The notes beneath the pieces are model-generated. The model did not search any database. It had not been told where the DNA came from and saw only the letters and a list, made by a program, of their open reading frames with translations. Shown in pieces: positions 23,901 to 34,030 of a stretch of 64,000 nucleotides of DNA; the stretch's first letter is position 1, and each line of letters opens with the position of its first letter. The DNA is from a virus. Made by a program: the position numbers and the translations under genes. The stretch lies in the IMG/VR virus record IMGVR_UViG_3300025006_000001. One strand, written 5' to 3'.

Positions 23901-25426
23901 AAGCTCTTAGAAGTCAAGCTTTAGGTGTTCAAGATAAAGCTGAACAGGAAGCCCTACAAACCACTATTGGATTAATGAAATATCGTTACGGAGAAGAAAA
24001 AGCGGAAGTTAAATCTCTTACTGTAGAACGCGATAAAGAATTAATGAAATTTGCAGGGCAGGATGAGAAAGCTCATCAAGCTCGTAAAGCAATTTGGGAA
24101 AAATATGATTATTTACAAATAGCCGCTAGACAAAGAACTCTTGATACTCTGGTTCAAATGGAACTAGATCAAGTGGATATGGTCAGAAATATTAAAGCTG
24201 CTCAGTTGAGCGATCAAATGGGTGCAGCTACTACTAAAAAAGATATTCTCAATATTCGTATGGATAATAAGCCTTACGCCGAGAGAGCACAAATTTTAAA
24301 AGAAATTGAAAAAACTAACAAATCTATTGAGAAGTCTATGCAAGATCAGCTTAAAAACGATGTTGATCTTATTAAAAACAATGCTCAAAGAAGAATTACT
24401 TATATACAAAATAAACTAAATGATAAAAGTAATACTCAAATGCGTGATCCTAAAATTCGCCAACAAGCTAGAGAACAAATTGAAGGAATTAAAGCTGAAA
24501 GAGATCAGCAAGTTTCTTCTAGAGAAAAGCAATATTCTAAAGATGTTGACGTATTTAGAGAGAATAATAAAAAGACTTCTCAAACTGAGACTATTAAGAA
24601 TAAAAAAGATGAATTAGATGCTCAATATAAAACTATGGAAGCAGCTAAAGCTCAGCTTGAATTTACTTCTCAATATAATGATTTAGCAAGTAAAAATAAA
24701 TCTCAATATGTAGCCAATCTCAAAGAACAATATGAACTTGAGAAAGCAATGTTAGCTATTAAACTTCAGCAAGAGACGGATAAGGACCTAAATCCTAGCA
24801 AATCTCCTCTTGAAATTATGGCTGCTCAAAAACAAAATCGTATTGATTTAGCTAATCTTCAAACTACTTATCTAAATAAACTTAAAGATACCACTAATGA
24901 ATTAGATAAGCAAAATAGAATTTTGGAACTTCAAAAAACTTTAAGTAAGCAAGATGAAAAAGGCACTTACGGAGTTGAAGATCTAAATCAAAGAATGCAA
25001 GATGAGTCTGAACTATTTAGATTAAAGGCTGGATTTGGAACCAAAGAATTTCCCACAGGGACTCAATTTGGTGCCGATCACGGAAACAACCCTTACTACA
25101 CTGGACAAGATCACGGAGGTAAGGCAGATCCTATGCAAAAGTATAAAACCCAATTTGGAATGAAAGATTATCGTTTTGATCCTGAATTTGGTCAATATTC
25201 TACTCCCAAATTTAAAAATGTCTGGGAGGGAATGGGCCATGATAATATTCAAGGCAGAATGATGAAAGACGGTTCGTTCGGAGGATCTACCCTTCCAAGC
25301 GTTATTGGAAATATTAAAGGTCAAGTTGACGTAAATGTTAATTTGAAAAATGATGGAAAAGATATTGGTAAGAAATCCAATAAAACTGATGTTTGGTGGA
25401 CTCCTTACAATAATGATATTCAATAG
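20921..25426 (+). CDS. Tape measure protein
   Basis: 1501 aa. It has coiled-coil K/A/E/R-rich tracts, a Gly/Ala-rich hydrophobic segment (LAGAAAIGSGVQWG...AGGAAEAAAGG), and lies after the chaperone pair. Confidence 0.85.
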   Translation: MADFNFDVDFILGLQRLAQDLAKAEKMTTQSGSQIAKTYSDALNKINVKKIFDTKDVVLFGDRIRSVVNSFEELAQEGQVPLKILNAGFNEVAKNVTAAMRSMKIPKELRSEFMATFKDMRAETQKLFSPRNKENKVQISSNIEEVLNKIDSLTARLANLGKQKVNIDIGGFDAAGKKLNDNVNASQGYAKSDSSFSGPVSTEKTRGELRSDRARAKRNAKDRIKYEESYLADEWGGVLNNTSQYTEYSHADYKELDARKAAQDKAAKKAADKAANDKRIADSRAENKAKRDAEAEAVRQRKADTRARQAQAEADRQARREATEARRAANQGGSGGRGRGGSGGSEGGSLTDALNFLAFSQFSSALTRLTKDIISASGQMEQFQRRWSIVARTPDSSKNFDFLKQYAAQSPFDMREVMQTGIAFSAQAKTIKKLGRDFQDTIKMAGELGSINPDAGIVDAQKMISRIMAGDSNGLEIARSQFGISNDILADNGVLIGSNGVSLQSITQRRQVMDAIDKFIQDTTKGQGAMVQSSTLMGRISNLEDQIFQTSAALFEPLLPIMKEAVSATADFLKVLADLPDVLKIAIDAVLVGITALAGAAAIGSGVQWGAKAFGLTGMLAGGAAEAAAGGVAARGAASMGGRMIAGRALAGGLAQTGLAAGIGAASGSMNAGAGAQVATKTNAIASALTRFGAAVTSFPVLLIGSIFTGIALGIQRLIDLGEGGKINELQKKAQSSKDWYTYRNNFLDERDRRGTTRQENSKHLLASDEYKKLGIPMEVIEALGTTRRFDQRANDRAYLDTHDSTSTFARGNKKEIEAERERLLGIRYRARMDMIKGSDNPEDENYKKAQSDANAAQQNLARLMGKELSVPLENNFADTLDKLSFKDQMGDQSALGGSLVELTKQAGQWKDLSNDVTKNAQERMDFAQKARDAELKILQTQKQIADRNIAFNQSIISELAAVGKLSYEREADSLFAQSSMIVGNTPEDDNKRKALRSQALGVQDKAEQEALQTTIGLMKYRYGEEKAEVKSLTVERDKELMKFAGQDEKAHQARKAIWEKYDYLQIAARQRTLDTLVQMELDQVDMVRNIKAAQLSDQMGAATTKKDILNIRMDNKPYAERAQILKEIEKTNKSIEKSMQDQLKNDVDLIKNNAQRRITYIQNKLNDKSNTQMRDPKIRQQAREQIEGIKAERDQQVSSREKQYSKDVDVFRENNKKTSQTETIKNKKDELDAQYKTMEAAKAQLEFTSQYNDLASKNKSQYVANLKEQYELEKAMLAIKLQQETDKDLNPSKSPLEIMAAQKQNRIDLANLQTTYLNKLKDTTNELDKQNRILELQKTLSKQDEKGTYGVEDLNQRMQDESELFRLKAGFGTKEFPTGTQFGADHGNNPYYTGQDHGGKADPMQKYKTQFGMKDYRFDPEFGQYSTPKFKNVWEGMGHDNIQGRMMKDGSFGGSTLPSVIGNIKGQVDVNVNLKNDGKDIGKKSNKTDVWWTPYNNDIQ

Positions 25427-25434
25427 GAAATATA

Positions 25435-25890
25435 ATGGCACGTAGATATATTAAAATGGCTAGTCCTGATGGAACGAATACAGTAAATCTGTATGACTAT
25501 GCCTTAAAACTTCCAGATCCTTATCCGGAAATTCATTATACAACTACAGATAAAACTTACCAGATGAGGAATACCGCTTCGGGTCCGGGTAACCGTGTGC
25601 ATAAATCTGTAGGAACAAATATTAATCACGCTGAAATTGATTACACAATACATTCTATTTCTGACGAAGAAATGACTAAATTAAAAACAATGTATACAGC
25701 TAGACCTAATGTTATTTTAGTTAGTTTTGATTCTGGAGCTACTCGTTACTTTGCTAAATTCAAAGAAAGCGGATTCACTGCTTCTGGATACGACAATAAC
25801 GAAAACAAAGACACAGGTAAAGCTTACTTTTTAAAGGCTGAAGTTCAGCTCTATATATTAAAAACCACTACACAAGGATTCGCAGGTTAA
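25435..25890 (+). CDS. Tail structural protein (in the position of a distal tail protein)
   Basis: First gene after the tape measure. Confidence 0.4.
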   Translation: MARRYIKMASPDGTNTVNLYDYALKLPDPYPEIHYTTTDKTYQMRNTASGPGNRVHKSVGTNINHAEIDYTIHSISDEEMTKLKTMYTARPNVILVSFDSGATRYFAKFKESGFTASGYDNNENKDTGKAYFLKAEVQLYILKTTTQGFAG

Positions 25891-25895
25891 TATTT

Positions 25896-26717
25896 ATGGC
25901 AAGCCCCACAAGAGATGACTCTAAAACTTATCTAGGTTCTGATGGTATTCCTCTTAATGATACTGATACTTTAGGAGGAGCTATTGATTTAGGTTCTCCT
26001 GTAAATCCCGCTACTTTAGGTGGTTTATTTGGAGATATTCGTCTTGATTCTACTGATCAAGATTATTATACAATTTTCTATCGTAGAATGGAACAAACTA
26101 GTCCTGGTGTATTAAGTAATGCTAGGTTTAGCAATAGAGCTGGAGCAAGAACTAATAGCACTTCAGGTAATGCTAGTATTGTTTCCACAAACACTAATGA
26201 TACCGGAAGAATTAAAATAACAGGTAAAGTTTCAGGAAGTTGGACTAATGAAACCTTAACTTTAACCGGAACCACTCCCATAATTGGTTCTATAGTTTGG
26301 GATGCTAATAGTGTTATTCGCTGGGAAAGCTTAGACGGAGTTCAGCTTGGTTTAATTACAGGTTCAGTTAACAGCTCTACTTGTGGCATTATTTGGGGAA
26401 CGGATAATGATCCTCAAGACGGATTTGGAAGTATTGCTACTTATTTTGCAAGTGCAGAGATACAATTTGCTCTTTCTACAAGTAAAAATTCTGCTCTTTC
26501 TAGTTCTAACAGAAAGACTGCACCTTCAGGAATTGGTTCTTTCTCTACGGCCACTCGTTGGGCCGGAGAAGATTTCTCTCTCTCAGTCCCTTCGGGAGAA
26601 TTAGAAAATAACGATTATATTGCTGTATGTGGTAAATTTACTGCTTATGCAAATGTTCCAGCACCCAATAATGGTAGATTCCAGTTTAAACATAGCTTAA
26701 TTGGAGATTCGGAGTAA
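25896..26717 (+). CDS. Putative tail/baseplate structural protein
   Basis: ORF track. Ser/Thr/Gly/Asn-rich. Called on synteny. Confidence 0.4.
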   Translation: MASPTRDDSKTYLGSDGIPLNDTDTLGGAIDLGSPVNPATLGGLFGDIRLDSTDQDYYTIFYRRMEQTSPGVLSNARFSNRAGARTNSTSGNASIVSTNTNDTGRIKITGKVSGSWTNETLTLTGTTPIIGSIVWDANSVIRWESLDGVQLGLITGSVNSSTCGIIWGTDNDPQDGFGSIATYFASAEIQFALSTSKNSALSSSNRKTAPSGIGSFSTATRWAGEDFSLSVPSGELENNDYIAVCGKFTAYANVPAPNNGRFQFKHSLIGDSE

Positions 26718-26723
26718 AGCCTA

Positions 26724-28505
26724 ATGGCTCTCATTCAGTGCGCTCAAAATAGTGAATTTAGCTGTTTTGGGCAAATTAATTGTGCTCAAGGTTCAACATT
26801 CACTTTCTCTGACGAAATAATTTGTGGAGATAATGCGGAATTTAAAACTAGAGCTGTCTTGAATTGTTCTGATAATGCAGAATTTTTTATGTTTGATGCA
26901 GCTGTTTATGACAGTTTAACTTTTCACAATAATGTCAGTGATACGGAATTTACTGAATTAATAACTCCTTATTCCTTTCCCACATTAACTCTTTACCACA
27001 ACGGAGGTCCAACTGACTATACTAGATTTATTACTAAATTAAATGTAAATAAAACTTTAGGTGGTAAGACTTATGCTGAAATAACTATGGTAGAACCTAC
27101 GGAAGGTTCTGAGTTTATGGAAAGTATTTTGGCGTTACAAGCCCAATTTATTAATCCTCTTTATAATGGCTTATGTGCTTCTCCTTTTAGCTCTCCATTC
27201 CAAACTATATTTCCTAATCCACTTGTTCCTAATAATTTTAACAATTCTGTTAAAGCTTATTTTCAACTTAAATTAGCTATTGGATATGAAACTTATCAAG
27301 AATATACTTATACTAACATGGTCCCAAGTTCTTGGAGTTTTGACGGAACTGAATTTAATATCCGTATAGAAGATTATACGGTTCTTCTAGAACAAGAAGG
27401 TCAATCTATGACTCCCGATATTAATTCTGATGCTGGGGTAGTTAGATATGCTCAATCTACTATTAAGGAAATTTGTAATCGTTATGGCATTCCTAACGTA
27501 GTTGTTAATTTCCCTGATTTTCTTATTAGGCTTTTAAGAAGAACAGAAGATAAACCTCTTAATTGGATTGATATGATTTGTCGTATTAGACAAGCTAAAC
27601 GTAAATGGGTTGGAAATACTTTAACTTTTGCTCCAACTTTAACTGCTGATGAACAAGTTCCTAAATGGAATATTGTGGAAGGTAGTCATATTATTGACGG
27701 TAGTTTTGATATAGATTTAGATTTATCCGACTATAGAAATAGATTTCAGATTGCTAGAACTTCTCCTAACGGGGGCATTATTGGTGAACAAGAATGCATA
27801 GGATTCTCTTGTCCTGGCAGGACTGGTAACATTACTTTTGATACTCCTGTTAATTTCGCTACTGCTGTTTACGAAGTTACTAACGGTGATTTAATTGATT
27901 TTGTATATTTTGACGCTAATAATAATCCACTAGTAGACAGTATTGCTCGAGGTCCTGATGGGATTTATCTGCAATCTGCTATTCCTACAGCTAATGTTAA
28001 GTTTACATATAAACCTAATATTGGAAATACTTCTCAGGGAAATGCCCAACAGGGCAACGCTAATAGTGGAGTTGGTGGTATGAATTATGGCCAATCTCTA
28101 CAAGTATTTAGTTATACTCCTAGATATAAAGTTACTTATTTTGGTAAGAAAAACGGTGTATCTGGAATTGATACTGAATATAAATTTACAGCTATAGATA
28201 ATGATGGAGTTGCTTGTTTAGGACTAAGACCTGAATATTCTAATATTGAAGATTCAATTATTCCTAATCAAGGTGTAGCCGTTCAATATGCTCAAGCTAT
28301 GTTAAAGGAAGCCACTAGAAAAGTTCTAAAAGGTAAACTAGAAACTCCTTTTGTTAATCCGTTTATTGAACCAGGTGACTGTATTTCTATAACTGATTAT
28401 GAATTAAAATTCATAAACGTTAAATGGCTTGTAGAAGAAGTTATTATTGATTTAGATGGTGACGAAATTACTATGACTTTAAACATTAGCCGAGGAAGAA
28501 TGTAA
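26724..28505 (+). CDS. Putative baseplate/tail-tip protein
   Basis: 593 aa. Called on synteny. ATGA-type coupling to the next gene. Confidence 0.4.
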   Translation: MALIQCAQNSEFSCFGQINCAQGSTFTFSDEIICGDNAEFKTRAVLNCSDNAEFFMFDAAVYDSLTFHNNVSDTEFTELITPYSFPTLTLYHNGGPTDYTRFITKLNVNKTLGGKTYAEITMVEPTEGSEFMESILALQAQFINPLYNGLCASPFSSPFQTIFPNPLVPNNFNNSVKAYFQLKLAIGYETYQEYTYTNMVPSSWSFDGTEFNIRIEDYTVLLEQEGQSMTPDINSDAGVVRYAQSTIKEICNRYGIPNVVVNFPDFLIRLLRRTEDKPLNWIDMICRIRQAKRKWVGNTLTFAPTLTADEQVPKWNIVEGSHIIDGSFDIDLDLSDYRNRFQIARTSPNGGIIGEQECIGFSCPGRTGNITFDTPVNFATAVYEVTNGDLIDFVYFDANNNPLVDSIARGPDGIYLQSAIPTANVKFTYKPNIGNTSQGNAQQGNANSGVGGMNYGQSLQVFSYTPRYKVTYFGKKNGVSGIDTEYKFTAIDNDGVACLGLRPEYSNIEDSIIPNQGVAVQYAQAMLKEATRKVLKGKLETPFVNPFIEPGDCISITDYELKFINVKWLVEEVIIDLDGDEITMTLNISRGRM

Positions 28506-28762
28506 TGAAAGATTTTCTTAAAAAACTTTCCAAAAATATTGATAATAAAACTGTAGTAGAGAATTTCAGTAAGATTGCTGTAGTTACTGATGTCTTAACT
28601 GGAGGTTATTTTAACGTAGAAACTTCTGCAGGAATTCCTATTACTACTATAGTCTCTCTAGGAGGATCTTTTAAATTTAAAGAAGGTCAATGGGTTACTA
28701 TTGAAAAATTCGGCGGTGACTGGGCCATCGTAGGGATAGCAGCTCAAAAAGGCGGAGATTAA
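28505..28762 (+). CDS. Small baseplate-associated protein (tentative)
   Basis: 85 aa, ending GQWVTIEKFGGDWAIVGIA. Translationally coupled within the tail module. Confidence 0.35.
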   Translation: MKDFLKKLSKNIDNKTVVENFSKIAVVTDVLTGGYFNVETSAGIPITTIVSLGGSFKFKEGQWVTIEKFGGDWAIVGIAAQKGGD

Positions 28763-28767
28763 ATCTC

Positions 28768-31641
28768 ATGGGTGATTTTACCTTCTACCTTCCTAGCTTA
28801 GCTAAAGATACTTCTATCTCTGGACAATATTTAAAAGTAAATAATAAATTAAATTTTCTTAAAAAAACGGCTAACCAGGTTAATAGAACCGAATTCAGAT
28901 ATCCTATGGGAGAAAATTACACGGTCATGGAGTCCTATGAGGATAATACTTATGACCTAATTAAATTTGGTGGAGATTCCTGGGACTATTCTAATGGTAT
29001 TCTTACTTTAAACACGGATAAAGCTACTAATGAATTAGGTTATTTATCTAGAGTAGCCAGTATAATTCCTGCAAGAGGATATAAAATCAATAAAGGAGAT
29101 ACGGTTCAAGTCTGTTTTTATGACAGAACTAGACAGAAGCCTTATATTCGTCAATTAGTGAAACGTGGTAACTTAAATATTCACGGTGAAACTCCTGTAA
29201 ATCCCGTTGTTGAAGGGATAAATGAATGGTTTCAAGCTCATAGGTATTTTACTCAAAATCCTACAGGTCCGGCCCTTGTTTCTGGTGTTTATAGAATAGG
29301 CCCAAATTCTTCTACTCAAGAATTTTACACACTTCCCACCTATATTGATTGGACTGAAAGTAATCAAATCATTAGAGAAAATTTATATCCATTTGGAATA
29401 GCTCGTTGTCAACCTGAAGATGGGCAAGATTTATATATGACAGCTTATCCGATTGAAGGAGATGATTCTAATACGGGTTATGGCATGGCTGCTTATGACT
29501 TTAATGGCAGATATGTTAGAGCTTATAGCGAATTTTTCTTTTCAGGAGGCAGTGTTTCTTCTCAAAACTCAGATCGTTCTAGTCAATTTTTTTATGATAA
29601 AGGATCTAAATGGGCTACTATTATTTTAAAGACGGACACCCCCACTCAAAATAGATTGCTTTCTTTTAAATATAATAATAGTAATGATTTTGAAAAGGCT
29701 ACAGCGACTGTTAATAAACAGACTTATAATGGAACAGTTTATGGATTCGAAAAAACAGATCCTGAAAATGCTAATTTAAAAATAAATAAATACTACGCTT
29801 TACTTCCTTACTGTGCAAAAGGCTTAGGAGGTTCTAATGAAAAACTGCAATTTTGGGAGTTTAATTCACAAGATAAAGCTTGGAGCACTGTTAATGAAAT
29901 AAATCATGCAGATATTCCTACAGGAGGTCCTTCCATTGTTCCTGATGTTTTAGACATAGGAACTGAACAAACAGGACCTTTGGCTGCAATTGATGAGCAA
30001 TTTTTTGTTCCCATTGTAGGAGGAACTCAAGATCTATTAAATCCTGATAATTGGAACAATTTATATTGGGCATTTAAAGGCTATAAAGGAGATGGTAGTG
30101 TAGGAACTAGAGGAATTTCTAGAACTTTAGTATCTAGCAATGCTCCAAGAATTGTAGGCTTTGAGTCTGAGATTCTAGCAGCGCCATTTCCTTTAGTTTA
30201 TCAATTTTCAGGTGATTCTATTTTAGATAATCCTTCTATCTATAAAGTTTATGGAGATATTTCTTTATTAGCTTCTTCTTCTTTTTACAATAAATTTTAT
30301 AAGTGTTGGCCAATATTTATGCCCTGTGCTGGAGCTAACTATCAAAGATTCCCTACTCAAAATGGCTTTATTAATAGATTGGCTTATGCTGCCGAAAAAC
30401 AATGGCCTAGTGATACAAATACTAGACCTGGTGGAGCAGTTGTTGATCAAGATAAAGTAATTTGGTTTGTAGTTATGGAACCAGAGGCGATTCGCTATGC
30501 AGCAAGCCAAACTGGAGCCTTACGTCCAAATGGCGGGAGTAATGATTATACTCAAGAAGATTCTGGAGCTTCAGCTACTGTTTATTTTTGGACTGTATTT
30601 AGAGATGGAACAGAGTGTTTTCAAGGGGTAAGTAGAGGTTTTGGTTGGAATGTAAATAGCACCTTTCATCCTGTTTATAATGGTAATGTAGGCACAGATC
30701 CTGATAGTTGGCCTCAAGTAAATGAGCCTTGTCCTGGGCCAGGCTTAGGACCCGACCCTCAATCTAGAACTAGTTATAGTATGGAAGATAAAGGTTCTAG
30801 ACCTGTCTGGAAACATGTTTTTAATTATTCTTTAGGTTATTTATGGCACACTAAACTTTACGGATTAAAAGCAGACAATTCAGTTATAGAAATTGATATT
30901 TCTAACAAAAGAGATTGTGAAGAAACCTTATCTTTTGGTGGTTCTAGAACAGGTATAACTAGTGCTAGTGGAATTCAATCTTATACAAAAACTTTTACAA
31001 ACATTCCAGAACCTGATGCTGTTTGGCAATGGATTCCTTTTAAATATCAAGACCTTCATTATATTGCAATTTTAAGAGACGAACATTCGGATAATAATGG
31101 GGACTGTTACCCATACCCTGTTTTACAAATATGGAATACAGATTCTTCTAGCAAACTTTCTACTGTTCGCTTAGGCAGTTATGAAGAAATGAGAGATTAT
31201 GATTATAACTCTGAAGAAAGTGATTTCTCTTTCAAAGATGGAGATTATATTTGGAATCCTTATGCTTATGGCGCTCCTAAAATGAAAGCTTGCCAGTCTG
31301 ACGATGACGATTCAGTCAAACCTTTTATTTTTACAATTGTTTTAGAAGAAAAGAAAATAGTAGATGAAGCTATCGACGTTCAAGTTAGACGAATTTATTA
31401 TTACAGTATTAAAGTAGCTAATCCAGCAGATCCTGAAATAGATTCTAGAGACATATATACCTCATCCGATATTCCCGGGGAAGTGCCTGTTGGGCGGCCT
31501 CCTGGAGAGCCTTTATATGATCAAGGAGATACAGGTTACAAGGTTCGTCAACCAAATATTAAAGATTTTGACACTTTAATGTTTACTGATAAAAGAGCTA
31601 CATGGATTCACAAATCTAGAATATATGAAAGTAAATCTTAA
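28768..31641 (+). CDS. Large tail fibre/baseplate protein
   Basis: 957 aa. Aromatic- and Asn/Gly/Ser-rich. Called on synteny. Confidence 0.45.
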   Translation: MGDFTFYLPSLAKDTSISGQYLKVNNKLNFLKKTANQVNRTEFRYPMGENYTVMESYEDNTYDLIKFGGDSWDYSNGILTLNTDKATNELGYLSRVASIIPARGYKINKGDTVQVCFYDRTRQKPYIRQLVKRGNLNIHGETPVNPVVEGINEWFQAHRYFTQNPTGPALVSGVYRIGPNSSTQEFYTLPTYIDWTESNQIIRENLYPFGIARCQPEDGQDLYMTAYPIEGDDSNTGYGMAAYDFNGRYVRAYSEFFFSGGSVSSQNSDRSSQFFYDKGSKWATIILKTDTPTQNRLLSFKYNNSNDFEKATATVNKQTYNGTVYGFEKTDPENANLKINKYYALLPYCAKGLGGSNEKLQFWEFNSQDKAWSTVNEINHADIPTGGPSIVPDVLDIGTEQTGPLAAIDEQFFVPIVGGTQDLLNPDNWNNLYWAFKGYKGDGSVGTRGISRTLVSSNAPRIVGFESEILAAPFPLVYQFSGDSILDNPSIYKVYGDISLLASSSFYNKFYKCWPIFMPCAGANYQRFPTQNGFINRLAYAAEKQWPSDTNTRPGGAVVDQDKVIWFVVMEPEAIRYAASQTGALRPNGGSNDYTQEDSGASATVYFWTVFRDGTECFQGVSRGFGWNVNSTFHPVYNGNVGTDPDSWPQVNEPCPGPGLGPDPQSRTSYSMEDKGSRPVWKHVFNYSLGYLWHTKLYGLKADNSVIEIDISNKRDCEETLSFGGSRTGITSASGIQSYTKTFTNIPEPDAVWQWIPFKYQDLHYIAILRDEHSDNNGDCYPYPVLQIWNTDSSSKLSTVRLGSYEEMRDYDYNSEESDFSFKDGDYIWNPYAYGAPKMKACQSDDDDSVKPFIFTIVLEEKKIVDEAIDVQVRRIYYYSIKVANPADPEIDSRDIYTSSDIPGEVPVGRPPGEPLYDQGDTGYKVRQPNIKDFDTLMFTDKRATWIHKSRIYESKS

Positions 31642-31948
31642 TATGGGCTGTAAATTTAGTATAAAATTAGAAATAGAAGAAGAATATTTTATTTTAGAAT
31701 GTCCTACTTGTTCTAATTGTGATCCTTTAGGTGCTTGTGTTTACTATTTTATTAATAAATATCCTAATATTTCTATAGCTAATTTTGAATTACAAGTAAA
31801 AAATGTTTGTAATAGAATAATAATTTATAACGAAGTTGAAAACAAAAATAATATTTATGAAGTATATATCTTAGAAGAGAGACTACCTATTTCTGAAGAA
31901 TATAACTATAAATGTTATAGACTTACTTCTAGAGAAATAGAGAATTAA
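31625..31948 (+). CDS. Small Cys-containing protein in the tail module
   Basis: ORF track. CPTCSNCDPLGAC. Confidence 0.4.
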   Translation: MKVNLNMGCKFSIKLEIEEEYFILECPTCSNCDPLGACVYYFINKYPNISIANFELQVKNVCNRIIIYNEVENKNNIYEVYILEERLPISEEYNYKCYRLTSREIEN

Positions 31949-31953
31949 TTTAT

Positions 31954-32646
31954 ATGGCTTTTTATCAAAATGATTTAATTTATATTCTAAATGCTGGAGA
32001 TAAGTATCTTACAGTCGATAGAAGTAATTTACTGTTAAGAGAATTACCTGTTATCCAAGGTGCAGAAAATAATCCTAGTGTCTGTTTTCAAGGAGATGAA
32101 AGAACGGGATTTTATCTTTCGGAAGAAGGAAAAATTGCATTTACCTCTCTAGGATGGGAATGTTTATCAGTTAGTAATAATGAATTAACTATATATGACC
32201 GTTCTAAAAATTCTATTGTTCTTAAAATGTCTTCGACTGGTTCTAAAACTTTTTATTTTCCTCTCCAAGAAGGCACCCTTGCTCTTAGAGAAGACAGTCA
32301 AATTGTAAGATTAAATAATGAAAGCACAGATACTATTTATGCGGGTATGGTGGTCAAGGTTGACAATTCCGCCGGAGTTAAAAAGGCTCAATCTGACAGT
32401 ATGTCTAATCTTGGTTTTGCTCTTGCTTTAACTCAAGCTGATCCAACTGAAGACTTAAAAATTATTTTTTCAGGAATTATTACTTTGCTTGACTGGACGA
32501 ATGTGATTGGAGCCACAGATTTAACTCCAGGGGATAGTTATTATCTTTCTGATACCAATGCTGGGGAATTGGTAGATACTCCTCCGACAATTGAGCAATA
32601 TATTGGAATTGCTATATCTAATACGGAATTATTATTAAAGGTATAA
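31954..32646 (+). CDS. Tail fibre-like / receptor-binding candidate
   Basis: C-terminal GMVVKVDNSAGVKKAQ...LTPGDSYYLSDTNAGELVDTPP...QYIGIAIS resembles recalled phage fibre C-terminal domains. Confidence 0.4.
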   Translation: MAFYQNDLIYILNAGDKYLTVDRSNLLLRELPVIQGAENNPSVCFQGDERTGFYLSEEGKIAFTSLGWECLSVSNNELTIYDRSKNSIVLKMSSTGSKTFYFPLQEGTLALREDSQIVRLNNESTDTIYAGMVVKVDNSAGVKKAQSDSMSNLGFALALTQADPTEDLKIIFSGIITLLDWTNVIGATDLTPGDSYYLSDTNAGELVDTPPTIEQYIGIAISNTELLLKV

Positions 32647-32672
32647 ATAGAATAATTATTAATTAATAAGGT

Positions 32673-33206
32673 GTGATAATGAATAAAATAGCTTATAATA
32701 TGACCGATACAATAGGAACTAATGTTGACGTTACTAAATATATTAGTGCCGCATTCGGATTTATCACAAGTTTTTATTATCTAACTCTTCACCATTTAAT
32801 TGTTAATCCGTCTTTCATTATCGTTCTATCTTTAGTTACTTTAGATACTATGTTAGGCCTAGTTTTATCTTTAAAGAGAGATAATTTTAGTATAACAGCT
32901 TTATTTGGTAAAAGTATAAAAAAGATTCTTAAATATGGATTCTTATGTGCTACTGCTATTCTTGTTGGATTAGCTCCATTAAAGCTTGTAGCTATACCTT
33001 TTATGCTTACCATGTTATCTTACGTAATAATAAAAGAATCCTCAAGTGTCTTCAAAAATACTTCTGATGTGTTTGATGACAAAGACATCGGTCGAATTTC
33101 AGATTACACTGAGGATATTGTTGAACAATTATTTAAACGTATACAAGAGAGTAAAAACGAAGAAACCCCTCAATCGCCTCCACCGTCTGACGAACCTTCG
33201 AATTAG
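32673..33206 (+). CDS. Holin (Phage_holin_4_1-like) with Pro/acidic C-tail
   Basis: Multiple TM segments and TLDTMLGLVLSLKRDNFSITALFGKSIKKILKY, which matches the recalled D..TG...A.....S...G..KK holin signature. Confidence 0.5.
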   Translation: MIMNKIAYNMTDTIGTNVDVTKYISAAFGFITSFYYLTLHHLIVNPSFIIVLSLVTLDTMLGLVLSLKRDNFSITALFGKSIKKILKYGFLCATAILVGLAPLKLVAIPFMLTMLSYVIIKESSSVFKNTSDVFDDKDIGRISDYTEDIVEQLFKRIQESKNEETPQSPPPSDEPSN

Positions 33207-33486
33207 CTAGTTTCTTCTCAAACTCTAGATTCCCATTAAAAAAACCCAGTGTATGGGTTTTTTCGCTTATAAAGACCTTTAATTCAGCATTATTGGTGAT
33301 ATAAAAAGTTAACTCTATTAAACCTCCCGCAGTTGCTTCAATGTCATGAGAGATACCTTTTAATGTGTCTAAGAGGCAAGCAGCTAGATCTATACTCTCT
33401 TGAGTAATAGCCTCTTCTCCGCCTCCATTCCAATCGTCTTCTTTACAATAAGTTTCAAGATCTTCTAAAGAACTAAATAAAGGCAT
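33133..33486 (-). CDS. Hypothetical acidic protein
   Basis: ORF track. Convergent overlap with the holin 3' end. Confidence 0.45.
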   Translation of the reverse strand: MPLFSSLEDLETYCKEDDWNGGGEEAITQESIDLAACLLDTLKGISHDIEATAGGLIELTFYITNNAELKVFISEKTHTLGFFNGNLEFEKKLANSKVRQTVEAIEGFLRFYSLVYV

Positions 33487-33683
33487 TACAGTATATACCT
33501 CATAAAGAAATCAGGTAGTATTTGTTTAGAAAAACTATTCATAAGTTTAGGGAATAAATCTTCAACTTTATTTTTTTCTCCTTGATATCCATAAGAATAA
33601 TTATTAAAAGTTTTATAATATAAAATATCTTTTTCTTCAAAACTCTTAATTGTAAAACATTTTTCTCTAATTAGTTCTAACAT
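33486..33683 (-). CDS. Hypothetical protein
   Basis: ORF track. Confidence 0.45.
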   Translation of the reverse strand: MLELIREKCFTIKSFEEKDILYYKTFNNYSYGYQGEKNKVEDLFPKLMNSFSKQILPDFFMRYIL

Positions 33684-33991
33684 TATAATACCCTATACTT
33701 ACAAAAATCATAAACAACTTTAGGATCATTAAGTAAATAATATCCTCCATAACGTAACACTTGTTCTTTAGTTCCGCCTGTAACAGGAAGTCTACATTCA
33801 CTTAAGGCTATAGTATAATTATTTACTTTAAAGCTACAATAAGCAACTGAAGCATAATCAATATATATTTGCCTAGATGGAAAAGTATATCTACAGAAAT
33901 TTAGGAAATAATCTACAAATTTTGGACTATATGCTCTACGTTTTTTATTAGGAAATAATTTATTATATAATTTTTTAAGATAAATATTCAT
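33683..33991 (-). CDS. Hypothetical protein
   Basis: ORF track. Confidence 0.5.
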   Translation of the reverse strand: MNIYLKKLYNKLFPNKKRRAYSPKFVDYFLNFCRYTFPSRQIYIDYASVAYCSFKVNNYTIALSECRLPVTGGTKEQVLRYGGYYLLNDPKVVYDFCKYRVL

Positions 33992-34030
33992 AATATATAT
34001 TTGTAAATAAAACTTTTCTTAACAGAAATA

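Noticed and set aside
21686-25441. ORFs 21686..22003(-), 21690..22019(+), 24420..24617(+) and 25022..25441(-), and the repetitive K/A/E/R-rich DNA at about 21690-21960
   Set aside because: They lie inside the tape-measure gene. The repeats are coding low-complexity (coiled-coil and Gly-rich linker). They are not a CRISPR array or a mobile repeat, since no spacer-repeat periodicity is present.
26078-33013. Shadow ORFs 26078..26281(-), 26383..26604(+), 29173..29367(-), 30268..30510(-) and 32789..33013(-)
   Set aside because: They are embedded antisense or out of frame in long tail and holin genes.
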